NCBI GenBank assembly: GCA_031266255.1
Contig: JAISBK010000113.1
Location: 1 to 43,311 of the forward strand
Length of the DNA: 43,311 nucleotides
Reading direction: 5' to 3'
DNA from: Treponema sp.
GTDB taxonomy: Bacteria > Spirochaetota > Spirochaetia > Treponematales > Breznakiellaceae
Positions within the stretch are counted from its first letter, which is position 1. Every line of letters begins with the position of its first letter. The notes beneath the pieces are model-generated. The model searched no databases, was not told the DNA's origin, and saw only the letters and a list, made by a program, of their open reading frames with translations. A program made the translations under genes and the position numbers. Below, piece after piece: positions 1 through 7,984 of the stretch.

Positions 1-444
1 ACGCTCCTCGTGTATAACGATGGGGATACGGAGCAGGGATGGGACTTTGACTACGAAGGCGCTATCCGGTATACGAAGCGTTTTAACGAAACCGACGGGC
101 TTATCATCATTGAATACACCCAAGGGGGCTGGCCGAAATACACTGAACCAGGGCATACGGTGAGCGCCTATGTGGGGACCCCTATTCCCGGCCCTTTCTT
201 TGCGGTCTATTACTTAGCGCTCTCCGCTGATTCGGTTATATTGGCCAACACGACCACCCTGGATTCAGATCCTCCCTATGCGCCTCCGGAGACCAAAACC
301 CTGGAGGAAGCCATTGAAAAATTCACCGAGAGCGCCCGGGACCGGTTTATGGCCGGTGTTGCCATACCCCAGCGGCGCTTCCCTGATAATACCCTACAAA
401 ACAGGAGGGCGCCGAATCATTGGCGTCTACTTAAAAGGATGTAA
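1..444 (+). CDS. hypothetical protein, C-terminal part (gene truncated by window edge)
   Basis: The frame of ORF 10..444 stays open back to nt 1. No family recognised. A strong hairpin follows the stop. Confidence 0.4.
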   Translation, partial: TLLVYNDGDTEQGWDFDYEGAIRYTKRFNETDGLIIIEYTQGGWPKYTEPGHTVSAYVGTPIPGPFFAVYYLALSADSVILANTTTLDSDPPYAPPETKTLEEAIEKFTESARDRFMAGVAIPQRRFPDNTLQNRRAPNHWRLLKRM

Positions 445-449
445 CCACT

Positions 450-484
450 GAGGACCCATCGAACCCTTGGTTCAATGGGTCCTC
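450..484 (+). terminator. 10-bp perfect hairpin after the truncated ORF (possible terminator, no T-run)
   Basis: GAGGACCCAT (450-459) pairs with ATGGGTCCTC (475-484) across a 15-nt loop, 6 nt after the stop codon. Confidence 0.35.
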
Positions 485-624
485 AATGCTGGTGGTTTCG
501 CAATAGCCTTTACGAAAATCTTTTCTAGCCCGGGGATGGTTATTCCCCATCCTGTATTTTATTATACCATATAGCATTAACCTACTGTAATATAGAAAAA
601 TACGACTGCATACTTACGTTTCTC

Positions 625-651
625 TTAAGTTTCTAGTCTAAGCTCCGATAT
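625..651 (+). promoter_or_regulatory. sigma-28 (FliA/SigD)-type promoter for flaB
   Basis: TTAAGTTT-N11-TCCGATAT compared with the enterobacterial consensus TAAAGTTT-N11-GCCGATAA and the B. subtilis SigD -10 GCCGATAT. It lies about 200 nt upstream of the flaB ATG. Confidence 0.55.
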
Positions 652-854
652 TAATAGTGAAATTGGACTACAGGTATGTGATCGTCTAACCCCATCACAG
701 TTCTGTATGTTCAAGTATTTTCGTCCTGCTCTAAAAATGCAGTTGAAGATTTTAAAAATCTACATTTTTGATTACAATAATAATGTAGACGGCACGGATG
801 CCGCGGCGTTGAACCCGTGAAAGGGTACGCCGAAAAAGCCAAAGGAGTGACATT

Positions 855-1715
855 ATGATCATTAATCACAACATAAGCGCCATGTTTGCTGATAGGTCCC
901 TTAAATCCACCCAGACAAATCTTGAAAAAAACATTGAAAAATTATCAAGTGGATTACGGATTAACCGATCCGGGGATGATCCTTCAGGTCTTGCAGTTTC
1001 CGAAAAACTGCGCAGCCAAATTCGGGGTCTGAATATGGCATCTGCCAATGCCCAAAATGGTATCTCGTTCATTCAGACCACTGAAGGGTACCTCCAAGAA
1101 TCCCAGGATATTCTACAGCGGCTTCGTGAATTGGCAGTACAGTCTTCCAATGGGATCTATACCGAAGAAGATCGAACCTATATGCAGATTGAAGTATCGG
1201 CTCTGATCGACGAATTGGATCGGGTTGCTTCTCACGCCCAATTCAACGGCATGAACCTCATCACTGGACGGTTTGCCCGGCAAGGGGGCGAGAATGTGGT
1301 TACCGCTTCCCTGTGGCTTCACATCGGGGCTAACATGGATCAGCGGGAACAGGTGTTTATCAGCACCATGACCGCCAAAGCATTAGGGGTTCGGAATGTG
1401 GGAGATGAAACTTTGCTTACGCTTGGGGATCCAGACAGCGCCAACCGGGCCATTGGAACCTTGGACGAAGCCCTCAAGCGGGTCAGTAAACAGCGGGCAG
1501 ATCTGGGAGCCTATCAGAACCGCTTGGAACATGCAATCCGGGGCATTGATATAGGAGCGGAAAACTTCCAGGCTTCTGAATCTCGTATCCGGGATGCCAA
1601 TATGGCAACTGAAATGGTTTCCTTTACCAAGAACCAGATTATCAGTCAGGCTGGTACGGCTATGCTGGCTCAGGCCAATCAGCGCAGCCAGGGTATTCTC
1701 CAGTTACTCCAATAG
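855..1715 (+). CDS. flaB: flagellin, periplasmic flagellar filament core protein FlaB
   Basis: 286 aa. N-terminus [10 protein letters not shown]...[30 protein letters not shown] and C-terminus ...[29 protein letters not shown] are the conserved flagellin N/C domains. The short variable region is typical of spirochaete FlaB. SD AAAGGAG lies upstream. Confidence 0.95.
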   Translation: MIINHNISAMFADRSLKSTQTNLEKNIEKLSSGLRINRSGDDPSGLAVSEKLRSQIRGLNMASANAQNGISFIQTTEGYLQESQDILQRLRELAVQSSNGIYTEEDRTYMQIEVSALIDELDRVASHAQFNGMNLITGRFARQGGENVVTASLWLHIGANMDQREQVFISTMTAKALGVRNVGDETLLTLGDPDSANRAIGTLDEALKRVSKQRADLGAYQNRLEHAIRGIDIGAENFQASESRIRDANMATEMVSFTKNQIISQAGTAMLAQANQRSQGILQLLQ

Positions 1716-1739
1716 ATTCATTGGTTTGATAAACCCGTG

Positions 1740-1769
1740 AAGACGCCGTTTTGGTACGGCGTCTTTTTT
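1740..1769 (+). terminator. rho-independent terminator of flaB
   Basis: AAGACGCCG, an 8-nt loop, then CGGCGTCTT followed by a T-run. Confidence 0.8.
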
Positions 1770-1861
1770 GATGTCTATTTCATAAGGTACATCCTGTAGC
1801 TATTGTTTCATGGAAAGATATATATTACTTTTAAAAGATAACTATTGGAGGTAGTGGCTCA

Positions 1862-2578
1862 ATGTTGAAAAAATGGATATTAGCCTTGGGGCTAATTAGT
1901 GCAATGGGAACGGTTTTCGCGGGAACCTATGACGTGGTTAATCGTGAAGAACCTGTATTTATCCTTGATGGGGTTGCCGATGAGCGAGTATGGGAGCGAG
2001 TCCCCGCTATCGGTAACTTTGTTCTGCCTTGGGAGGAAGAGGTAGAGCCGGGAACGGTATTCAAGGCTTTTCATGATGCCGATAACTTCTACTTTTCTTT
2101 CGTCCTGGAAGATGAGGATATCGTATCCGCTGAAGAAGTGGACGATGAAGAAGGGATTGCCAGTTTAGATGCGGTTCACCTGCTTTTTGCCGCCCATCAA
2201 ATAGATAGGCCCGTTGAAGGTGAACTTCCCACGTACTACGTGGTTTCTATTGATGCATTGGGGCATGTGCAGGATTATTCCACCGTCTATTATCGGCGGG
2301 ATCAGGATAATGACTGGGCATTTACGGATCAACAAGTAGCCGGCAGGATCTTTGATGGTCGCTATTCAGTAGAGGGCGTAATCCCCTTGGAATCATTCCG
2401 GGAAGTTGGGTTGCTCGTTGATGAGAGTCCGATGCTGGTAGGTATTTTCCGTACTGACTGGAGTACCGATGGAGAAGAACCCCAGTGGATATCCTGGATT
2501 GACGATCTGGCGACTGTAACTGAAACCCCGGATATACATCTCTCTGCATCTTTTGGCCGGTTTAGACTGGCTCCCTAA
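1862..2578 (+). CDS. secreted protein with carbohydrate-binding family 9 (CBM9/DOMON-like) signature
   Basis: N-terminal signal peptide (MLKKWILALGLISAMGTVFA). DGVADERVW...TVFKAFHDADNFYFSFVLED resembles the CBM9 DGxxDExxW...LY.af motif. Confidence 0.55.
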   Translation: MLKKWILALGLISAMGTVFAGTYDVVNREEPVFILDGVADERVWERVPAIGNFVLPWEEEVEPGTVFKAFHDADNFYFSFVLEDEDIVSAEEVDDEEGIASLDAVHLLFAAHQIDRPVEGELPTYYVVSIDALGHVQDYSTVYYRRDQDNDWAFTDQQVAGRIFDGRYSVEGVIPLESFREVGLLVDESPMLVGIFRTDWSTDGEEPQWISWIDDLATVTETPDIHLSASFGRFRLAP

Positions 2579-2592
2579 CTAATGCCGCATGG

Positions 2593-2636
2593 GGTACGTT
2601 TGAGTGCGCGTTGAGGTTCAGATACTCAAACGTACC
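2593..2636 (+). terminator. perfect 13-bp hairpin between the CBM9-like gene and the spiro-SPASM operon
   Basis: GGTACGTTTGAGT (2593-2605) pairs with ACTCAAACGTACC (2624-2636) across an 18-nt loop. The downstream tail is T-poor, so terminator function is inferred. Confidence 0.5.
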
Positions 2637-2668
2637 TCGGTTGGGGATTGAAATAAACAAACAAACTA

Positions 2669-2697
2669 TTGACGAGTACTCAGAATGCCGATATTGG
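2669..2697 (+). promoter_or_regulatory. candidate promoter abutting the spiro-SPASM start codon
   Basis: TTGACG (2669-2674) with a weak -10 (GATATT/TATTGG) 15-17 nt later. GCCGATAT (2687-2694) also equals the SigD-type -10 box, but no TAAA -35 sits at the right spacing. There is no SD before the ATG at 2704. Confidence 0.35.
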
Positions 2698-2703
2698 TAA
2701 AGT

Positions 2704-4260
2704 ATGAATGCCCTGGCAGTATTATATGGGGGCAGCCTTACCAAGGCGGCCTATGAGCAGGTCTTTTCAGGAAAAAGTGCCCTTGCCTGTGCAGTAGAAC
2801 AGGCAGCGGCGTTCCCGGATACTCGTAAAATTCTTCTATTAATAACCCAAACTATGCCTATCCAGGTCGTGGATTTGATGCACGGAATTGAGCTTATCCG
2901 GGCCACAGAATGGACAAAAAAACAGGTTCTTGATACGCTTGCCAGGGAATCCGTGGGTTTTGATCTTACTTATTTTGTCTGGGCTGATTGTCCTTTCTTG
3001 GATCCTGAGCTTGCTAAAGCTATTGCAGAACGGCACCTCCGGTATGCGGCGGAATATTCTTATGCCGATGGTTGGCCCTACGGGCTCTCTCCGGAAATTT
3101 TGGCCCCGGGTATGGGGGGGATTCTCTCAAAAATAATCGGGGATGCGGATGGCCCGATGGAACGGGATACCCTGTTTTCGGTTATACAAAAAGATATCAA
3201 TGCCTTTGATATTGAAACGGTCATTTCTCCGGTGGATCTGCGTTGCCACCGTCTGAGCCTTACCGCAGATTCTAAACGGAACCTCCTTTTGTTGACCCGG
3301 TTTGCAGAAACGGGTTTTTTAAGGGCCCAGGATGCGGAAACCATCATTGCTGAAAAACCGGGACTCTTACGGACCCTTCCCAATTTTTTTAGTATTCAGG
3401 TAGCTGGTTCTTGTCCTCAGCGCTGTACTTTCTGTCCCTATCCCCGTTTCCAGAGTTCAGGAGATCCTACCCAAAGAAGGGACTTCCTGGATGGAACGCG
3501 TTTTGAGGAACTTTTAGCTCGTATCATCGCCTTTGCCGGAGATGGAGTGATCGATCTTTCCCCCTGGGGAGACCTAAGCCTTCATCCGCAAAAGATGGAG
3601 CTTATACGCATGGTGCTCTCCCGGCCTGAGCTCTCCCTCATTATTGAAAGTTCCGGTCTTGGCTGGAAAACCGATGAACTGGAACAAGTGGCTGCAGAAG
3701 CCCAAAAAGCCCTGCCTCGGATCAATAGGATGGTACCCCTCTCATGGATAATCGCCTTGGATACCCAGGATCCGACCCGGTACCGGGAAATCCGGGGTCT
3801 AGGCTATACCGAAGCCCTGGCAAGCGCTCAAACGCTGATCCGGCTTCTCCCGCAGGACTCCTATGTGCAAGCAGTCAGAGTCAAAGGGTTTGAAGATGAT
3901 ATTGAACAGTTCTATCGGTACTGGAAAGAAGCAGGTGCCCATATCATTATCCAGAAATACGATCATTTTTGCGGCTCTCTGCCTGCATTAGGGGCTGCAG
4001 ATCTTTCACCGGTAAAACGCCAACCCTGCTGGCACCTCATGCGGGATATGGTGATACTGCTTGACGGAACCGTTCCCTGCTGCAGAGAAGATCTGGCCGC
4101 GCTGACCGGAAATGCGGAAAAAGGAATCTGGGGGAACGTTTTTGTTGATTCCTTGGAAGGTATCTGGTCTCGAGGCGCGGCGTTTTACCAGGAACAATGT
4201 ATACCGGTTTACTCAGGACTGTGCGCGGAGTGTGATGAATACTATACCTACAACTTTTAA
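2704..4260 (+). CDS. spiro-SPASM-type radical SAM/SPASM protein with nucleotidyltransferase-like N-terminal domain
   Basis: 518 aa. CX3CX2C (SCPQRCTFCPY, nt 3412-3435). C-terminal Cys cluster C442, C459, C460, C499, C507, C510 (CWHLMRDMVILLDGTVPCC...CIPVYSGLCAEC). N-terminal ALAVLYGG...ADCPFLDPEL resembles the MobA/IspD-like fold. Confidence 0.85.
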   Translation: MNALAVLYGGSLTKAAYEQVFSGKSALACAVEQAAAFPDTRKILLLITQTMPIQVVDLMHGIELIRATEWTKKQVLDTLARESVGFDLTYFVWADCPFLDPELAKAIAERHLRYAAEYSYADGWPYGLSPEILAPGMGGILSKIIGDADGPMERDTLFSVIQKDINAFDIETVISPVDLRCHRLSLTADSKRNLLLLTRFAETGFLRAQDAETIIAEKPGLLRTLPNFFSIQVAGSCPQRCTFCPYPRFQSSGDPTQRRDFLDGTRFEELLARIIAFAGDGVIDLSPWGDLSLHPQKMELIRMVLSRPELSLIIESSGLGWKTDELEQVAAEAQKALPRINRMVPLSWIIALDTQDPTRYREIRGLGYTEALASAQTLIRLLPQDSYVQAVRVKGFEDDIEQFYRYWKEAGAHIIIQKYDHFCGSLPALGAADLSPVKRQPCWHLMRDMVILLDGTVPCCREDLAALTGNAEKGIWGNVFVDSLEGIWSRGAAFYQEQCIPVYSGLCAECDEYYTYNF

Positions 4261-5356
4261 CGATACATTGCCTTCATATACTGCGGTAGGAGGTACTGAA
4301 CGGGGAGCTTCTACCGGACTTTCTGCAGTACTCCTGGGCAGAGGTGGAGGTCGGTATCCTCGGCGCACCCGCTTTCAGGAACTGGAAAAAATAGGCTTTG
4401 ATTATATCATCTCTATGGAAGGTCCTCAGGAACGGTACGATGTAGAAGAACTCTCCGGGCTTTTCCCCCAGGTTCGTTTTATTTTATTGAAGGAAGCGGT
4501 AAGTATTGGTGAACAGATCAACCTGGCTGCATCAGAACTATCCAGTTCCCTTTTTTTTGTATTGCGGAACGATCTGAGGATACTCCATAGCGGCGGAGCT
4601 TCCCGAATGGAGGAGCGGCTTCGGCTGGGCCAGGAAGAATTATACAAGGAAGATGGGCAAAAAAGCCTGTATAAACGGCTTTGTACCGTTCCATTGATTC
4701 AAAATTCTCATTTTGAAACCCTACCCACGCTCATTGCCCCGGCAGTATTCCATTCGAGCGTCAAACCATTGTTCTTTGCCCCGACTAAAGAGGGACAGTC
4801 CTCCCTATACCCCTTTGATGGAGTCGGTATTTATGACCGAATCCGCTTTATTCGTCTGGGTGGTTTTGACCGTACTTTAAAAAGTGCGCATTGGCAACTG
4901 ATGGATTTTGGGTTCCGGGCATATTTGTGGGGAGAGCAGATCAGTGCCACCCAACTGATACGCCTTTCTTATGACGGAGAAACACCCCCTGAGGATAGTA
5001 CGGCAGATGAAAGTTATCGGCGCTTTTATCTCAAGAATTTGGCTCCAGTTTTCCGGGGGGATTCTGCTTCGATTCCGCTTCGGTGTTTCCCAGGGTATTT
5101 CTGGCGGAGCGGCAAAGATCTCTTAACCGCCTGGCATGATTTTTCTCAGGGACGCCAATGGGTAAAGACGAACCGTTACCGGTTTCGCAGCGATGCTCGG
5201 GCTATAACCGAGCTTTGGGAGGATATGGGTGAACTGTCGGATGATCATACCCGGGTGGAAGAGGGGAGAACGGAAAATGCAGGAATGGAAGTACTCAGAC
5301 TTGAAAATTCGAAAATTGAACCGGAAGATATCGAAGGTTCAGGGCGCTTTGAATGA
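4235..5356 (+). CDS. hypothetical protein, possibly GT-A-fold glycosyltransferase-like
   Basis: ORF 4112..5356. ATG 4235 (MNTIPTT) chosen because upstream codons overlap the SPASM Cys motif. LSAVLLGRGGG...LFFVLRNDL resembles the start and DxD region of GT2 enzymes but is degenerate. The stop overlaps the next start. Confidence 0.6.
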   Translation: MNTIPTTFNDTLPSYTAVGGTERGASTGLSAVLLGRGGGRYPRRTRFQELEKIGFDYIISMEGPQERYDVEELSGLFPQVRFILLKEAVSIGEQINLAASELSSSLFFVLRNDLRILHSGGASRMEERLRLGQEELYKEDGQKSLYKRLCTVPLIQNSHFETLPTLIAPAVFHSSVKPLFFAPTKEGQSSLYPFDGVGIYDRIRFIRLGGFDRTLKSAHWQLMDFGFRAYLWGEQISATQLIRLSYDGETPPEDSTADESYRRFYLKNLAPVFRGDSASIPLRCFPGYFWRSGKDLLTAWHDFSQGRQWVKTNRYRFRSDARAITELWEDMGELSDDHTRVEEGRTENAGMEVLRLENSKIEPEDIEGSGRFE

Positions 5357-6048
5357 TCACCGCGGTGGTACTACAGGCGCGACTTGACTCAACTCGCCTT
5401 CCTGGAAAATCCCTCTTAGCCCTGGGAGGTAAGCCGCTTATCGTGCGGGTTATGGAGGCCCTCAAAGGAGTATGGAGTGATCGGTATGTTCTTGCCTGCC
5501 CCCATGACTGTGTAGGAGCCTTTGGCCCTTTGGCAGAACAGGCCGGTTTTGACCTGGTCGCAGGCTCAAAGGAAGATGTGTTAAGCCGTTATAGCGCGGC
5601 AGTACACCATTTCGGAATAGACCGCCTTATCAGGGCAACGGCGGACAATCCTTTTGTATTTGTAGATGCAGCGAATACCCTCAACCAGGAGGCCTGTGAA
5701 CGTAAGGCTGATTATGCTGGTTATAGCGGTTTACCCTATGGTGCAGGGGTGGAATCAGTGGCTGCAGAAGCCTTGCTCAGGGCTGCGCGGGATGCTTCTC
5801 TCTCGACTGAACGAGAACATGTGTGTCCTTATTTGTATACCCATCCTGACTTGTTCCTGATTCACCGACCCTTGGCTCCACTGATATGGCAGGGGCCTTG
5901 GATGCGGATAAGCATTGATACCCCGGAAGATTACCAACGAGGCTTGATACTCTTTGATGCCTTGGCAGAAGGGAATGCTTCCCAGGGAAAGACCATCATT
6001 GCCGCATACCGCAGGAGTTTCAAGAACTTAGAGGATGGACTGCCATGA
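5353..6048 (+). CDS. cytidylyltransferase family protein (SpsF/NeuA-like, CMP-sugar synthetase type)
   Basis: MITAVVLQARLDSTRLPGKSLLALGGKPLI is the glycosyltransferase-family cytidylyltransferase N-terminal signature. ATGA overlaps at both ends. Confidence 0.85.
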   Translation: MITAVVLQARLDSTRLPGKSLLALGGKPLIVRVMEALKGVWSDRYVLACPHDCVGAFGPLAEQAGFDLVAGSKEDVLSRYSAAVHHFGIDRLIRATADNPFVFVDAANTLNQEACERKADYAGYSGLPYGAGVESVAAEALLRAARDASLSTEREHVCPYLYTHPDLFLIHRPLAPLIWQGPWMRISIDTPEDYQRGLILFDALAEGNASQGKTIIAAYRRSFKNLEDGLP

Positions 6049-7964
6049 TGCAAGGCCCCCTCCTGGTGGTTTCCACCTTTGAAAAAGGCCGCGGGGGAGG
6101 GCACTTGGTCCGTTCCCTGGTTCTGGTTCGTTCCCTTCGTGCCCTCAAGCGAGAGGTGTACCTTTATATCCCCGAACTTAAACCCCATTTTGAACTCAGG
6201 TCCATTATTACCGAAGGAACCGTGGAAGCTTCCTGGCTCATAGGGGATATCGAAACCATCAAGAATCTGAGTTGGGAAGGAATTATCCTTGACCGTTTTA
6301 GAACCGCTCCTGAAGAATTTGCCCAATGGGCGGCCTTAGCTCCCCTGATCGGTATTGATGAGGGAGGGCCGCAGCGGGATTGTTTTGATTTTCTCATTGA
6401 TCTGCTTCCTGGTCTTCCAGGTAATGCTCTCCCCAATATTCTCGCTCCTCATCTCATCCCCCTGCCAAAGAACCGCCGGCCTTCTTTCGGTATTTCACGG
6501 GATGCTCCGAAGCATCAAACCTTGAAAATCCTGGTGAGTTTCGGCGCGGAAGATCCTGCAGGGCTAAGCATTCCGGCCTGCCTTGCTTTGAAATTGTCAG
6601 GGCAAACAGACATTACCGTCTTATTTGGCGGCCTTAACCAGACAGGAGAGCAGCAAAAGGCGGTCCTTGCTGCTGAGGGGATTCGGGTTGTGGAGGGCAT
6701 GACTGAACTCCGGGAACAGCTTGCCATCTATGATCTGGTATTTACCCACTTCGGCCTTACCGCTTTTGAAAGTTTGGCTGCTCGAGTACCGGTATTGGTC
6801 CTCTCTCCCAGTACCTATCACGAGAAACTGGCCCTCCATGCAGGGTTCATATCCGGGGGCATCGGTAAAAAGGGGGCGCGTTGCTTACGAAACATCCTCC
6901 TGAATGATAAAGCGCTGGTATCCCTAGGGGATCGGTGCGAGCGAATCCGGGTGCGTTATGGGATTAAGGCAACAGGAGAGGATGAAGGTCCTTCCTCTCA
7001 GGGACTGGGGGATCTACTGGGGGCCTATACCCTCCGGGTACCTTTGACCTGTCCGGTCTGTGGGGGCGCCTCCCCTACGCGGGATCCGGTCTGTGCCCGA
7101 TTCCCGGATCGAAGCTACCGGCGTTGTCTGCGTTGCGGTATGGTGTACCTTCTCCGCTGCTCCATACCTCCCATTACTTACGCCCGGGACTATTTTTTTA
7201 GCTTTTATAAACAGCAATATGGCAAAACCTACCTTGAAGATTTTCCACATCTGGTACAGTGCGGAAAAAAACGACTGCACCATAGTAAGCGGATCCTCTA
7301 CCGTTCCAGAAAGAAGCGGGGGGAAGATCCTTCCAAGACCCCATTCCGGCTCTTGGATATAGGCTGTGCCTATGGACCATTCCTGGTTGCCGCACAAGAA
7401 GAAGGATTTTTGCCTTTTGGCATGGATCCTGCAGAAGATGCGGTTCGGTATGTCCGGGATGAACTGAACATGCCGGCATTCCAGGGTTTTTTCCCGGAAA
7501 CTCCCTTACCTCCTACATTTAGAGAAGGAGGGTTTGACCTCATCTCCCTCTGGTATGTACTGGAACATTTTGAAAAACCGGGAGCAGTTCTTACAGAACT
7601 GTACCGACTCCTCAAACCCGGCGGGGTATTGGCCTTTGCGACCCCTTCTGGTTCTGGTATATCAGGCCGCAAGTCCTTCAAAGATTTCCTTGAACAAAGT
7701 CCGCCGGATCATTGGACCATTTGGAAGCCTTCCCGGATCAGGAGCATCCTCAAACTATTTGGATTTAAACTCAAAAAAGTAGTTATCTCTGGACATCATC
7801 CAGAACGCTTTCCCTTAGTGGGAAAGTTTTTAGGTGAATCCAGGAAAAAAAGCGGCATAGTATACGGTTTATTCCTCTGGATAAGCCGTTTATTGCATCT
7901 CGGAGATACCTTTGAGGTGTATGCGGTTAAAAAAACGGCGATTACCATATCGGCCGTTGAGTAA
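6045..7964 (+). CDS. fusion protein: PseG-like GT-B domain + zinc ribbon + class I SAM-dependent methyltransferase
   Basis: N-terminal half: GRGGGHLVRSLVL...ILVSFGAEDPAG...FTHFGLTAFESLAARVPVLVL (GT28-C/PseG-like). CPVCGG...CLRCG at nt 7050-7136. LLDIGCAYGPF...WYVLEHF...LLKPGGVLAF are methyltransferase motifs I and post-I. Confidence 0.75.
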   Translation: MMQGPLLVVSTFEKGRGGGHLVRSLVLVRSLRALKREVYLYIPELKPHFELRSIITEGTVEASWLIGDIETIKNLSWEGIILDRFRTAPEEFAQWAALAPLIGIDEGGPQRDCFDFLIDLLPGLPGNALPNILAPHLIPLPKNRRPSFGISRDAPKHQTLKILVSFGAEDPAGLSIPACLALKLSGQTDITVLFGGLNQTGEQQKAVLAAEGIRVVEGMTELREQLAIYDLVFTHFGLTAFESLAARVPVLVLSPSTYHEKLALHAGFISGGIGKKGARCLRNILLNDKALVSLGDRCERIRVRYGIKATGEDEGPSSQGLGDLLGAYTLRVPLTCPVCGGASPTRDPVCARFPDRSYRRCLRCGMVYLLRCSIPPITYARDYFFSFYKQQYGKTYLEDFPHLVQCGKKRLHHSKRILYRSRKKRGEDPSKTPFRLLDIGCAYGPFLVAAQEEGFLPFGMDPAEDAVRYVRDELNMPAFQGFFPETPLPPTFREGGFDLISLWYVLEHFEKPGAVLTELYRLLKPGGVLAFATPSGSGISGRKSFKDFLEQSPPDHWTIWKPSRIRSILKLFGFKLKKVVISGHHPERFPLVGKFLGESRKKSGIVYGLFLWISRLLHLGDTFEVYAVKKTAITISAVE

Positions 7965-7984
7965 TCAGCAGATGGGAAATAATT

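Noticed and set aside
3114-3120. Homopolymeric G7 inside the spiro-SPASM gene (also G6-G7 runs at about 7313, 8186, 20065) as phase-variation tracts
   Set aside because: The tracts are short and encode conserved Gly residues (e.g. the GGAGGQ region of RF2). There is no evidence of length variation from a single sequence.
4112-4234. Upstream extension of the second operon gene (ATG 4112)
   Set aside because: It would overlap 150 nt of the SPASM cysteine-motif coding region in another frame. ATG 4235 gives a conventional short overlap.
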